Virus record (IMG/VR): IMGVR_UViG_3300010371_000028
Span: 68,778-132,777 of that record
Strand: one strand, 5' to 3'
DNA from: a virus
DNA: 64,000 nt
Notes under the pieces: model-generated
Told to the model about the DNA's origin: nothing
Seen by the model: only the letters and a program-made list of their open reading frames with translations
The model's database searches: none
Position numbers and translations under genes: made by a program
Shown here: positions 1 through 7,753 of the stretch, piece after piece
Position numbering within the stretch: position 1 is the first letter of the stretch
Layout of the letters: every line of letters begins with the position of its first letter

Positions 1-429
1 GTCGGCTGCGGTGACGGTGACGTTCGTCCCGGCGATGAGGTTGATTTCGGGGCGTACCCCGGCGACGGTGCCGTTGGCGGCGACTTGCACGCCGGTGATG
101 CCGGGCGCGTCCGGGGTCGGCGGCGGAGTGACGAGGAGGCTGGAGAGTTCGTACGGACCGCCGGTGGCGGGCACGACGATGGTAGAGACCGCGCCGCGGC
201 CTTCGGTGACCGTGTAGTACGTGTTCGTCGGGGTGATCGCCGAGTTCGGCGTCAGGGTCGCGCTCCACGCGCCGGTCTGGCTGGCGGAGGTCTGATACGT
301 CTGGACGATCTCGCCGCTGCCCGTGTAGCCGGGGGTCGAGGCGCTGGAGGTGACGAGCGCGATGTGGATTGTGGCGGACGGGATCGGGTTCGAGCCGGCG
401 TCGAGCGCGACTCCTTGGACCTCGGTCAT
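1..429 (-). CDS. Putative virion/tail-associated protein (5' part, runs off left edge; not in ORF track)
   Basis: ATG at 429 with GAGGGG RBS; open frame MTEVQGVALDAGSNPIPSATIHIALVTS..., Thr/Ser/Gly/Val-rich beta-type composition. Confidence 0.5.
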   Translation of the reverse strand, partial: MTEVQGVALDAGSNPIPSATIHIALVTSSASTPGYTGSGEIVQTYQTSASQTGAWSATLTPNSAITPTNTYYTVTEGRGAVSTIVVPATGGPYELSSLLVTPPPTPDAPGITGVQVAANGTVAGVRPEINLIAGTNVTVTAAD

Positions 430-444
430 GTTCGCCCCCTCGGC

Positions 445-948
445 TTATGCGGGCGGTCCGGCTAGCGCGGCGATCTCGGCTGGCGTGACATATCCGGGCC
501 AGTCGGGCTCGAGGACGTCCCAGCCGCCGCGGCGGGCCGCTTCCACGTCGAGTTGCGAGCACAGCATGTGCTTCGTCGAGGCGACGTAGCGGCGCAGCCC
601 CGGGATCGGCAGGTGGATCCGGTGCGCGGCGATTGCCGCGTAGTCGAGGAAGGAGTAGCCGATCTTCTGGTCGGCGAACTCCCGTGCCGCATCTGCGACG
701 CCCTGCCGGTACTGGTCAGGGCAGCGGACCCACACGATCGTGCGGGCGTCGTATTCGCTGAGGTCTGCGATGCGCGCGCCGCCCGGCTCGGCCTCGACGA
801 TCTGGCCGTCGCCGATGTAAACGAACGCGTGCTGGTACTGGGCGAATCGGTCGCCGTTCAGGCGTTCGCCGAGTTTGATGAGCCAGCCGACGTCACCGCG
901 GATCTGCGTACATCCGAGGTCGCCGATTCCGGGCTCACTGCTCGTCAT
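445..948 (-). CDS. Permuted papain-like amidase (YiiX/YaeF, NlpC/P60 superfamily)
   Basis: N-terminal HAFVYIGDG..EA, central YSF, C-terminal CSQL; circularly permuted His-before-Cys order. Confidence 0.7.
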   Translation of the reverse strand: MTSSEPGIGDLGCTQIRGDVGWLIKLGERLNGDRFAQYQHAFVYIGDGQIVEAEPGGARIADLSEYDARTIVWVRCPDQYRQGVADAAREFADQKIGYSFLDYAAIAAHRIHLPIPGLRRYVASTKHMLCSQLDVEAARRGGWDVLEPDWPGYVTPAEIAALAGPPA

Positions 949-1066
949 CTGCTTCCCTCCAGTGCTGGGGGCAGCAGGCATGCCGTCGGATCCGGTACTG
1001 GCCGGTCTCGTCGCGGAACACGGTGCAGCAGCACGGCTCGGCCGGCTTGGGTGCCGACGCCTTCAC
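935..1066 (-). CDS. Small Cys-rich hypothetical protein (43 aa)
   Basis: GTGA overlap with upstream stop; VKASAPKPAEPCCCTVFRDETGQYRIRRHACCPQHWREADDEQ. Confidence 0.45.
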   Translation of the reverse strand: MKASAPKPAEPCCCTVFRDETGQYRIRRHACCPQHWREADDEQ

Positions 1067-1383
1067 CTGGTACGTGCTCGGACGCCGCCGGATGGGCCAA
1101 GCCGCCTGACGATCATCTGAACGAACCGGTCCATGTCCTCGTCGGACATGACGGCGCCGATCGCCGAGATCCGCTGGGTTTCCGGCGCTGCCGCCTCGAC
1201 GGCGATCTCGTCGGCGACGATGACGAGGACTTCGTTATCCGGGAAGTGCGCTTGCAGGTAGTCGCGGTACTCCAGCTGCTGCCGGGGTGTCAGGTTGGCG
1301 TGGCGCACGATGAGCCGGTCGCCGGGTTCGAGGCGGAGGCGGCGGACCTCGTCGGGGATGACCGGTGGTTCTACTTCCGCCAC
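1063..1383 (-). CDS. Hypothetical protein
   Basis: GC3-rich frame in operon; start uncertain. Confidence 0.55.
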   Translation of the reverse strand: MAEVEPPVIPDEVRRLRLEPGDRLIVRHANLTPRQQLEYRDYLQAHFPDNEVLVIVADEIAVEAAAPETQRISAIGAVMSDEDMDRFVQMIVRRLGPSGGVRARTR

Positions 1384-1532
1384 GGCCAGTTCCCGGTGGT
1401 CAGGTGGAGGGCCAGGAGGGCGAGGCATGCGAGGGTGAGCGCACCGGGTGAGAGCCACGCGCTGGTGTGGGCCTTCGAGCCATCGAGGATGTAGCCGACC
1501 AGCGCCAGAACGGCGGCGAGAAGAGCGAACAT
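1371..1532 (-). CDS. Small 2-TM membrane protein (holin-like candidate)
   Basis: TGATG coupling; MFALLAAVLALVGYIL...LTLACLALLALHL, basic C-terminus. Confidence 0.55.
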   Translation of the reverse strand: MFALLAAVLALVGYILDGSKAHTSAWLSPGALTLACLALLALHLTTGNWPWRK

Positions 1533-1855
1533 CAGTCCTCCGTGTTCTGTACCTCTGCGGCGGCTGTCTTGTTGCGCAGTGCCTTCGCTCGCCGTCGAGC
1601 TGACCCGGACGTCGGGATCCACGCGGTGCCTTGCTCGGCCGCGCGGGTCTTGGCGGCCTGGTCGCGTCCGCGCTTCTCGGTCGCGCGGCGCATGTTCGCC
1701 ATCCGGCCGCGTGCCTGGAGCGTCTCGGCGTTCTCGATGGGCCGGGTCGTGGCGTACGCGTCGGCGCGGGCCTGCTCCGGGGTGACGAGCACGATCGGGC
1801 GCGTCGCGAGGTAGTTGATGTGCGGCCTGAGTTCGGCCGCTCGGCCGGTCAGCAT
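1532..1855 (-). CDS. Hypothetical protein
   Basis: ORF track, coupled to neighbours. Confidence 0.5.
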   Translation of the reverse strand: MLTGRAAELRPHINYLATRPIVLVTPEQARADAYATTRPIENAETLQARGRMANMRRATEKRGRDQAAKTRAAEQGTAWIPTSGSARRRAKALRNKTAAAEVQNTED

Positions 1856-2082
1856 GCGGGCACCTCGGCGTCCTCGATGAGCAGGATCGTCTCGAGGAGG
1901 TCTTCGGCGACGGTGAACGTGATGGTCCCGTCGACCTTCTTGAACACCCGCAGGTCGCCGTCGCGCTTGTGGTAGGCGGCGGTGATCTCGAGTTCTTCGA
2001 GGAACTCGGCCTGGTCGGGCGTGCCGGACGGCGGCAGGCTACGCCAGGTGACCTTGAAGAGCCGGTCTTCGGTCTCGATCAC
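1849..2082 (-). CDS. Hypothetical protein
   Basis: Acidic small ORF with typical codon use. Confidence 0.6.
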   Translation of the reverse strand: MIETEDRLFKVTWRSLPPSGTPDQAEFLEELEITAAYHKRDGDLRVFKKVDGTITFTVAEDLLETILLIEDAEVPAC

Positions 2083-2112
2083 GGTGTCTCGTCTCGGTGC
2101 GTGGTGGGTGGG

Positions 2113-2400
2113 TCAGCCTTCGACGCGCTCGGGCCAGTGCCAACTGCCGCCTTCGTGGCCGAGTTCGCTCTGCATGGCGCCCTGGTGGAAGAACATGCCG
2201 GTCGGGTTCAGGACCGCGAGGCCGACTGGTACGGCGATCTGGCTTCGGTCCGCGTTGCTGATGCCGTCCGGGTACTCGCCGACCTCGGTGATGATCGCGG
2301 CGCGGCATGCGGGCGGGAATGCCTGCGTACCGTCCTCGCGGATCGGGGTGCCGTGGGCGACGTAGTGAACGATCTGGCCGATGCTGGGCTGCTGGCCCAT
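2113..2400 (-). CDS. Phage hypothetical protein (PSIGxIVHY type)
   Basis: N-terminal QPSIGQIVHYV and C-terminal WHWPERV resemble a common small phage family. Confidence 0.65.
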   Translation of the reverse strand: MGQQPSIGQIVHYVAHGTPIREDGTQAFPPACRAAIITEVGEYPDGISNADRSQIAVPVGLAVLNPTGMFFHQGAMQSELGHEGGSWHWPERVEG

Positions 2401-2813
2401 CAGGCGCCGGCCTCGGCGGTCGGCTCGGTCGCGGCGGGCTCCGTGGTCGGAGCCTCGCTGGCCGGCCCGGCGACCTGCTCGGTCTCGGCCGGGGTGCTCG
2501 GCGCGGCGGTCTCGACGGCCTGCCCGGCGTCGGTCTTGGCCTCGGTGGCGACAGCCTCGGCGTCGTGCTCCGCGTTCTCGGCGACCGGTTCGGCGGCGGT
2601 CTCGGCCTCGTGCACGACCGACTCCGCGTCCGCTGCGGCCTCGTGCTCGACCACGGGCAGGTCGGACTCGACGACCGACTTGACCTCGTCGAGCTTCTCG
2701 CTCGCGGCGTGCGCGACGGCCTGGACCTCGGCGTCACCGTGGCCGAGAAGCTTCGCAACCTCGGCCTTGGCCTCGGCGAGGAGGTGGTGCAGGTGCTCGA
2801 AGACGCCGGACAT
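2400..2813 (-). CDS. Ala/Glu-rich low-complexity hypothetical protein
   Basis: ATG at 2813 with GGGAGA RBS; TGATG coupling to next gene. Confidence 0.6.
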   Translation of the reverse strand: MSGVFEHLHHLLAEAKAEVAKLLGHGDAEVQAVAHAASEKLDEVKSVVESDLPVVEHEAAADAESVVHEAETAAEPVAENAEHDAEAVATEAKTDAGQAVETAAPSTPAETEQVAGPASEAPTTEPAATEPTAEAGA

Positions 2814-2814
2814 G

Positions 2815-3018
2815 TCAGTTCTCCCATGGTTGAAGTTGGTGTTCGCCAACGCGGCGCAGCACGACCTCGAGGTCGTGCTTGCCCCAGCGGCCGGCGATCA
2901 GGATGTAGCCGCCGTTGTCCGCGACGGTCTCGACGACCACGGTCGCCTCATCGAGGTACGGGTCGGAGGAGCGGACGGCGAGAATGTCGCCGGGGCGCGG
3001 GGGCCGATATTGAGGCAC
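2815..3018 (-). CDS. Hypothetical protein
   Basis: ORF track. Confidence 0.5.
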   Translation of the reverse strand: MPQYRPPRPGDILAVRSSDPYLDEATVVVETVADNGGYILIAGRWGKHDLEVVLRRVGEHQLQPWEN

Positions 3019-3257
3019 AGTTCGGTCCCCGAGGTCTCGGGTGCAGGGCGGCGCTGGTCGTTCGAGTAGTGCGGTGCTGATGTGCTGGTCTCCGGTCGTG
3101 CTAGCGGTTCATGTGCGCGAGGATCTCGCCGAGCATGCAGACGGTGCGGATCAGGACGATCGCGGCGAGGCCTTCGCAGAGCACGGCGAGGACACCGATT
3201 GCGATCAGGCCGTGCAGGAGCAGGCGCCGGAGCGCCCGGCTGATTCCGAGCGGTCGG

Positions 3258-3548
3258 TCACGGCTTCGCCTTCCGGATCGTGGTCCAGTCGATGGCGATC
3301 CGGATGATCCGCTGGCGTTCGTCGATCCCGACGACCTCGGCCGTGGCCTCGCGCTGGTCGGCCAGGTCGCAGGCGTCTACGAGGTCGCCGATCGATGGGG
3401 GCCAGTCGCAGTCGTCGACGTCCACGACGCGCCGGGCCGAGTTCTCGGTGTGCGACAGGTCGACGGCGACACGGCAGCGGGCCGGCTGGGCCGCGCCGAG
3501 GAGAGCGGCAATCGCAAGGTCAGGGCGGCCGGGAGTCAGGTCACTCAT
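3258..3548 (-). CDS. Hypothetical protein (small beta-barrel-like)
   Basis: Start overlaps stop of upstream gene; GDLVDACD...AEVVGID...IAIDW. Confidence 0.55.
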   Translation of the reverse strand: MSDLTPGRPDLAIAALLGAAQPARCRVAVDLSHTENSARRVVDVDDCDWPPSIGDLVDACDLADQREATAEVVGIDERQRIIRIAIDWTTIRKAKP

Positions 3549-3990
3549 CAGCGGTGGCCTCGTCCTCAGCACGGCGCTTGGCCGCAGCCTGGACGCTGGC
3601 GTGGTTGTAGAGCCACAGCGGGTTGCGGAACTGGCCGCCATACGCCTCATTCGCGCTGGTCGCGGCCTGGATTTGAAAGTCGATCGGCAGGCCCGTGACG
3701 CGCTGACCCAATGCGCTGATGGCCGCGTTCAGGAGCGCCCACTTCGCATCGCGCTGGTGCGCGGCCTTGTACCCGGGGAACAGGGCGTGGAACTCGTCGT
3801 CGTCGAGCATGAGCCGCACGTCGACGTCGCGCCACTGCTTGCTGTGGGTGGATGAGCCGACATGGTAGGCGGTCTCGCCGAACGCGTCGTAGATCCACTG
3901 CCCGAAGGCTTCGAGGAGCGTCGTCTCGGGCATGCCGGTGCCGATGAGGATCGTCGGGCGTTCCGTCGGCGTCTCAGGTTCGTCGGTCAC
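3541..3990 (-). CDS. Minimal nucleotidyltransferase (Pol-beta superfamily) like protein
   Basis: hGS-x7-DhDh motif: YHVGSSTHSKQWRDVDVRLMLDD; third acidic candidate in IDFQIQ. Confidence 0.6.
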   Translation of the reverse strand: MTDEPETPTERPTILIGTGMPETTLLEAFGQWIYDAFGETAYHVGSSTHSKQWRDVDVRLMLDDDEFHALFPGYKAAHQRDAKWALLNAAISALGQRVTGLPIDFQIQAATSANEAYGGQFRNPLWLYNHASVQAAAKRRAEDEATADE

Positions 3991-4256
3991 TTCGCCCGCC
4001 TCAGGGTCGCGCCTTCGAGCCAGCTCTTCGCTTTGCAGGCCGGGCACCTTAGGGCCGGAGTCACCGTGAGCGGCTCGGTGAGCACGATCGTCCACTCGCC
4101 GCGTCCATTGCCGTGCCCGCGGAACGGGAAGTTCGCCGCACACCAGGTGCCGTCGGTCCGCTGATGCGTCCACCTGACGCCAGTCGGGCGAGACGAACCG
4201 TCGCGGTAGAGGAGCTCGTACGCGTCGGTCGTCGGCGGGTGGGTGATGGCAGTCAA
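3987..4256 (-). CDS. Hypothetical protein with Cys motifs (DUF6527-like)
   Basis: WTIVLTEPLTVTPALRCPAC; TTG start with GAGGCAGG RBS. Confidence 0.45.
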   Translation of the reverse strand: MTAITHPPTTDAYELLYRDGSSRPTGVRWTHQRTDGTWCAANFPFRGHGNGRGEWTIVLTEPLTVTPALRCPACKAKSWLEGATLRRAK

Positions 4257-4323
4257 AGCCACCTGCCTCGATGAGGGTTTCCCGCGCGAGATCGTTCCGT
4301 GGATGCCGCGCGGGAAAACTAAG

Positions 4324-4394
4324 TGGCCGTGGCAGGGGTCGCACCTGCGTCTCGGCCGGGGGGAGAGGCCGGATTCTCGCTGAACTACACGGCC
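4324..4394 (-). ncRNA. tRNA-like cloverleaf (non-canonical; 9-nt anticodon loop, no CCA)
   Basis: Acceptor GGCCGTG/CACGGCC, D-arm GTTC-AGCGA-GAAT, CGGCC-TCTCCCCCC-GGCCG, T-arm GCAGG-TGCGACC-CCTGC, discriminator A. Confidence 0.65.
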
Positions 4395-4446
4395 ACGCAT
4401 CCCGACACCCGGACCCTCGGCCAGGTGCGGGAAGTCTTGGGAAGCC

Positions 4447-4472
4447 GAAAAGCCGCCCGTAGGCGGCTTCTC
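4447..4472 (-). terminator. Intrinsic terminator/attenuator-like hairpin
   Basis: AGAAGCCGCC-TACG-GGCGGCTTTT on minus strand. Confidence 0.6.
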
Positions 4473-4572
4473 AAGGCGGGCGCTCAGTCCGGTCCGGCCG
4501 GAAGCCGGACGAGCACCACTTCCCGGCCAAACCGGCACGGGCAATTCTTCGGCTGGGCGCTATGCGCTCAAG

Positions 4573-4824
4573 CTACTGCCGAGAATAGGTCATCGAACCG
4601 ACCTGCGCAAACATCTGGGTCCGCTTGGCATGTCTGACCGGATTCCGGTGGCGCTGCTCCCGTTCGACGCGCCCGAGCTCCGTGATGTCGAGGACGAGGA
4701 TACCGTCGCCGCGCTTGTAGACCGTCACGAGGCGCGCGTTCATCCACCGCCTGACGGTCCGTTCGCCCTTACCCAGCCAGAGCGCCGCTTCGGCGACGGT
4801 GAGGTAGGTCGTGGATTCGGTCAC
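4573..4824 (-). CDS. HTH DNA-binding protein (MerR/excisionase-like)
   Basis: YLTVAEAALWLGKGERTVRRWM; GTGA overlap with upstream gene. Confidence 0.75.
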   Translation of the reverse strand: MTESTTYLTVAEAALWLGKGERTVRRWMNARLVTVYKRGDGILVLDITELGRVEREQRHRNPVRHAKRTQMFAQVGSMTYSRQ

Positions 4825-5636
4825 GAGGACGCCCCTGTGGTGACGTGTCCGCCGCTGAGGAGCTGAACCAGCCAACTATACTCAGACTCTTGATACAGCC
4901 TGCCGCAGCCGCCCGCGCGCTCGGCGCACTCCACGTACCAGGGGCGGCCCGCGAACCCCTCCTCCTGGACCAGGGTGAGCATGTCGCACGAAGGGCACGG
5001 CGCCGGCAGATGCCTGCGGACCGGCCTGTTCTTGACCATGCCGACTGCGTCGGAGTGCAGGCGCCAGATCTCCTGGGCGAAGTCCCCGGCGCACTCGGTG
5101 CGCTCGATCATCGCCTTGTAGTTGACGTTGAGGTATTCGACGGACGCGGTGAGGTCCGTGGAACGGTCACCGGTGTCGTGGGCCGCGACGTGGCGCAGGT
5201 GCTGGCGCAGGTCGTCCTCCCACGCGGTGACGGTCCGGCAGATTTCGTCCTGGTGGTCCGCGCCGGGGCTGGGGGAGGGCGCGACGTCGGAGCGTCCGCG
5301 GCGTTCCTCGTCGGCCGACGCGGTGCGCGTGAGGTACTTCATGGAGTTGAGCGCCTTGTATGCGAGCGGCAGTTCCCGCAGCGCGCCGCGGGCGATCGAT
5401 GCGCATTTGCGGCACAGGACGGGCTCGCCGGGCCACGGCTCGGTTTCGACGGGTGCGGGTTCGGTGCCGTGACAACCAACGCCGATCCAGCGGGCCATGG
5501 CTTTGTCGTGGTCTTCGATGGCGTGGCGCCAGCGGGAGTTGCAGCGGAAGGTGCACGGCCCTGCGCTGGGGACGTGGGTTTCTTCGGGGGCGGCGGTTTC
5601 CGAGTGCGGCCAGTACGGGCGCTGGTATTGAGGCAT
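4821..5636 (-). CDS. Zn-finger phage protein, putative late transcription regulator
   Basis: CRKC, CPSC and ECAERAGGC motifs; position just before late-type region, coupled to HTH gene. Confidence 0.55.
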   Translation of the reverse strand: MPQYQRPYWPHSETAAPEETHVPSAGPCTFRCNSRWRHAIEDHDKAMARWIGVGCHGTEPAPVETEPWPGEPVLCRKCASIARGALRELPLAYKALNSMKYLTRTASADEERRGRSDVAPSPSPGADHQDEICRTVTAWEDDLRQHLRHVAAHDTGDRSTDLTASVEYLNVNYKAMIERTECAGDFAQEIWRLHSDAVGMVKNRPVRRHLPAPCPSCDMLTLVQEEGFAGRPWYVECAERAGGCGRLYQESEYSWLVQLLSGGHVTTGASS

Positions 5637-5826
5637 GACGACTCCCAGGGGACGTACCATGAGGGAAGTCGCCTTCGATCCGTCAGGCCGTCCGGGTTGG
5701 TGCCCTGGGCGGCCGTGATCGTCTAGCCCGAGTGTGAGGTTTCCGGGGCGCCCGGTCAAGCCGGGTTCGCGCTGGCGGACGCGCCGGTTGCGCCTACGGG
5801 TTGAGTTGCAGGCTCCGAACACGCGA

Positions 5827-5855
5827 AGAGCCCCGGCCGTGGAGACCGGGGCCCT
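5827..5855 (-). terminator. Intrinsic terminator-like hairpin
   Basis: AGGGCCCCGG-loop-CCGGGGCTCT on minus strand. Confidence 0.5.
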
Positions 5856-6009
5856 CGTGCTTGCGCCTATCCACCATGCCCAGCGGTCGCGTCCGCCGAC
5901 GTGTCATCACGGTACTGCGCGCCGGGCTCGCGTGAAGAGGTTCAGCGCAAGATCTAGCTGCCGTGGTCCGGGGACTCGCGGACCACGGCAGCAGGTCCAT
6001 TGCCTGCCG

Positions 6010-6378
6010 TCAGCGGAGCGAGAGGAAGTAGATCTCCCAGAGGACGTCGTACTCAGGATGATCCTTCTCCGCTTTGGCGATCTGCAGAACGGCCATGCGC
6101 GCACCCTCGAGCCACGCCTCGATTCGCGGGTCCGTAGCTCCGGTGGCATCATGCCGCATCCCGTAGAACAGTTTGTACTGTCGAACGATCTCTTCCTTGG
6201 CTGTGATATCGGCCAGGGCCCGCTCTGGGTTCCATCGCCGGATATGCCGGGCGGAGGGTTCGTCGTAGGTGTAAGCGTCCGGTTCCCAGTCTGCGGCGGC
6301 GGCTTCAGCGAGCGCTCTGGCTTCGCGTAGCCGCGCCTCGACGAACCTGATCAGTTGCGTGGACGTCGTCTCCTCCAT
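6010..6378 (-). CDS. DUF6221-like phage protein
   Basis: LIRFVEARLRE...ARHIRRWNPERALADITAKEEIV...KDHPEYD. Confidence 0.7.
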   Translation of the reverse strand: MEETTSTQLIRFVEARLREARALAEAAAADWEPDAYTYDEPSARHIRRWNPERALADITAKEEIVRQYKLFYGMRHDATGATDPRIEAWLEGARMAVLQIAKAEKDHPEYDVLWEIYFLSLR

Positions 6379-6466
6379 GCCTCAGTCTCGCACCGGGTTG
6401 ACGTCCAAGTCGGATCGGGCGCGACACTGCTGACCCTGTATCGCTACTGAGTGGCGCACAGCGCGG

Positions 6467-7117
6467 TCAGCGGGCGAAGACGAGCAGCGCGACCGTGCCG
6501 GCCATGCACAACGGCGCAAATAGCATCGTCTCCACCCGGTTCCCCGTCCGCTTCACGATCGGGAGCATGTAGTGCCCGCGGCGGGGCCACAGCAGCGGGC
6601 AACCTTCCTTGGTTAGGCAGTCGCCCACGAGATGCGCGGCTATCCCAACGCCGACGGAGAACGGAAGCCAGCCCAGGTCTTGCGGCATCGTGTACCCGAC
6701 CACCGCGGCGAGGACAAACGCGACGGTCGGGGCCAGCCCGCGGGCAAGATGCAGGGCTCGGAGCCCGAACGCGAAGAGCACGTAGATGGCCGATAGTGCG
6801 AACCAGCGGCCGAGTGTCACATCCCCAGCCCACGTGAGCAGCGGCATGAAGGCGGTGAACGCCAGCGAGTGCGTGGCATGGCGGTGACCGCCGGAGATCC
6901 GGTGCACGTACCGCGTCAGGACCCTGGTGATAGAGCCGAAAGTCCAGGCGATAGTGGCCTCCGGATGATCGGCGTCGCAAAGGAGTGCCGCGCCCGCCGT
7001 GGCGAGCAGTCCGGCCGTGATCGCGCCCCAATGCGGATGCACGCCGACCAGAGGCGCGGCGCACGCGAGCGAAGCGAACCCCATCGAACCGCTCAGGGCG
7101 TGCGTCCGGCCCATCAA
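6467..7117 (-). CDS. Metal-dependent membrane hydrolase (YdjM/LexA-binding family)
   Basis: MMGRTHALSG, DADHP, GHRHATHS, HLVGDCLTKEGCPLLWP; several TM segments. Confidence 0.85.
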   Translation of the reverse strand: MMGRTHALSGSMGFASLACAAPLVGVHPHWGAITAGLLATAGAALLCDADHPEATIAWTFGSITRVLTRYVHRISGGHRHATHSLAFTAFMPLLTWAGDVTLGRWFALSAIYVLFAFGLRALHLARGLAPTVAFVLAAVVGYTMPQDLGWLPFSVGVGIAAHLVGDCLTKEGCPLLWPRRGHYMLPIVKRTGNRVETMLFAPLCMAGTVALLVFAR

Positions 7118-7533
7118 GAGGTACCGCCAGGAGCGATAGGGCCGGTGTAGTCCGTCAGGGCGCGTATGAGGGTTTCCAGCGCGAGGTCGCGGTCCGCAGC
7201 GGCCAGACGGTGCAGTTCGTCGAGGAACATCCCGGACCCGTCACGCTCGATCATCTGCGCGATGCGCCGAGCCGTGGGGTCGAGCAGTTGCGCCCCGGCC
7301 GCGCGGCGGATCAGATCCCAGTCCACGGTCCGGTCGCGCAGCGCGATCCTGCCTTCCTGTTCGCGCCCGGCCCGGTAGAGCGCGCTGGCTTCCTCAAGTC
7401 GCATGGCGATCTGCCGCTGCACGCCCGGCACGTCCCAGGACGCGCGGCGTTCGACCGGGACCCCTCGTCGGCGCAGCAGGTATGCGGCGCCGGCTACTGC
7501 GGCGCCCACAAGCATGAATTCGCCGTTGCTCAC
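7114..7533 (-). CDS. Hypothetical protein, N-terminal TM
   Basis: GTG start; FMLVGAAVAGAAYLLRRR; coupled on both sides. Confidence 0.55.
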   Translation of the reverse strand: MSNGEFMLVGAAVAGAAYLLRRRGVPVERRASWDVPGVQRQIAMRLEEASALYRAGREQEGRIALRDRTVDWDLIRRAAGAQLLDPTARRIAQMIERDGSGMFLDELHRLAAADRDLALETLIRALTDYTGPIAPGGTS

Positions 7534-7739
7534 GCCACGCTCCGGCTCATGGCGCCGAATGCCTGTCCGGGCACGGAAACCGGGAACATCGCTGTGATCA
7601 GCGGGCCGAACTCGTCGCGTTCTTCGCGGCTCATCCCGGCGAGGATCCCGGCGGCCATGGCGATGTCGCCTTTGCTGGCGGCGTTCATGGCGATCTCGAC
7701 GCGGGCGCCGCGAGCCAGGTCGGCGTGTTCGATACTCAT
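7530..7739 (-). CDS. Hypothetical protein
   Basis: ORF with GAAGGAG RBS. Confidence 0.6.
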   Translation of the reverse strand: MSIEHADLARGARVEIAMNAASKGDIAMAAGILAGMSREERDEFGPLITAMFPVSVPGQAFGAMSRSVA

Positions 7740-7753
7740 GGGTCTCCTTCAGG

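Noticed and set aside
3101-3262. Hydrophobic minus-strand frame (LLLHGLIAIGVLAVLCEGLAAIVLI...)
   Set aside because: Looks like a membrane peptide, but no usable start codon was found in frame; left unannotated
4324-4394. Calling the cloverleaf a functional tRNA gene
   Set aside because: 9-nt anticodon loop, 5-nt D-loop without GG, T-loop lacks TTC, no CCA; no anticodon can be assigned
6380-6460. att-like junction matching 48421-48473 for a 42-kb inserted unit
   Set aside because: No shared direct repeat could be seen by eye
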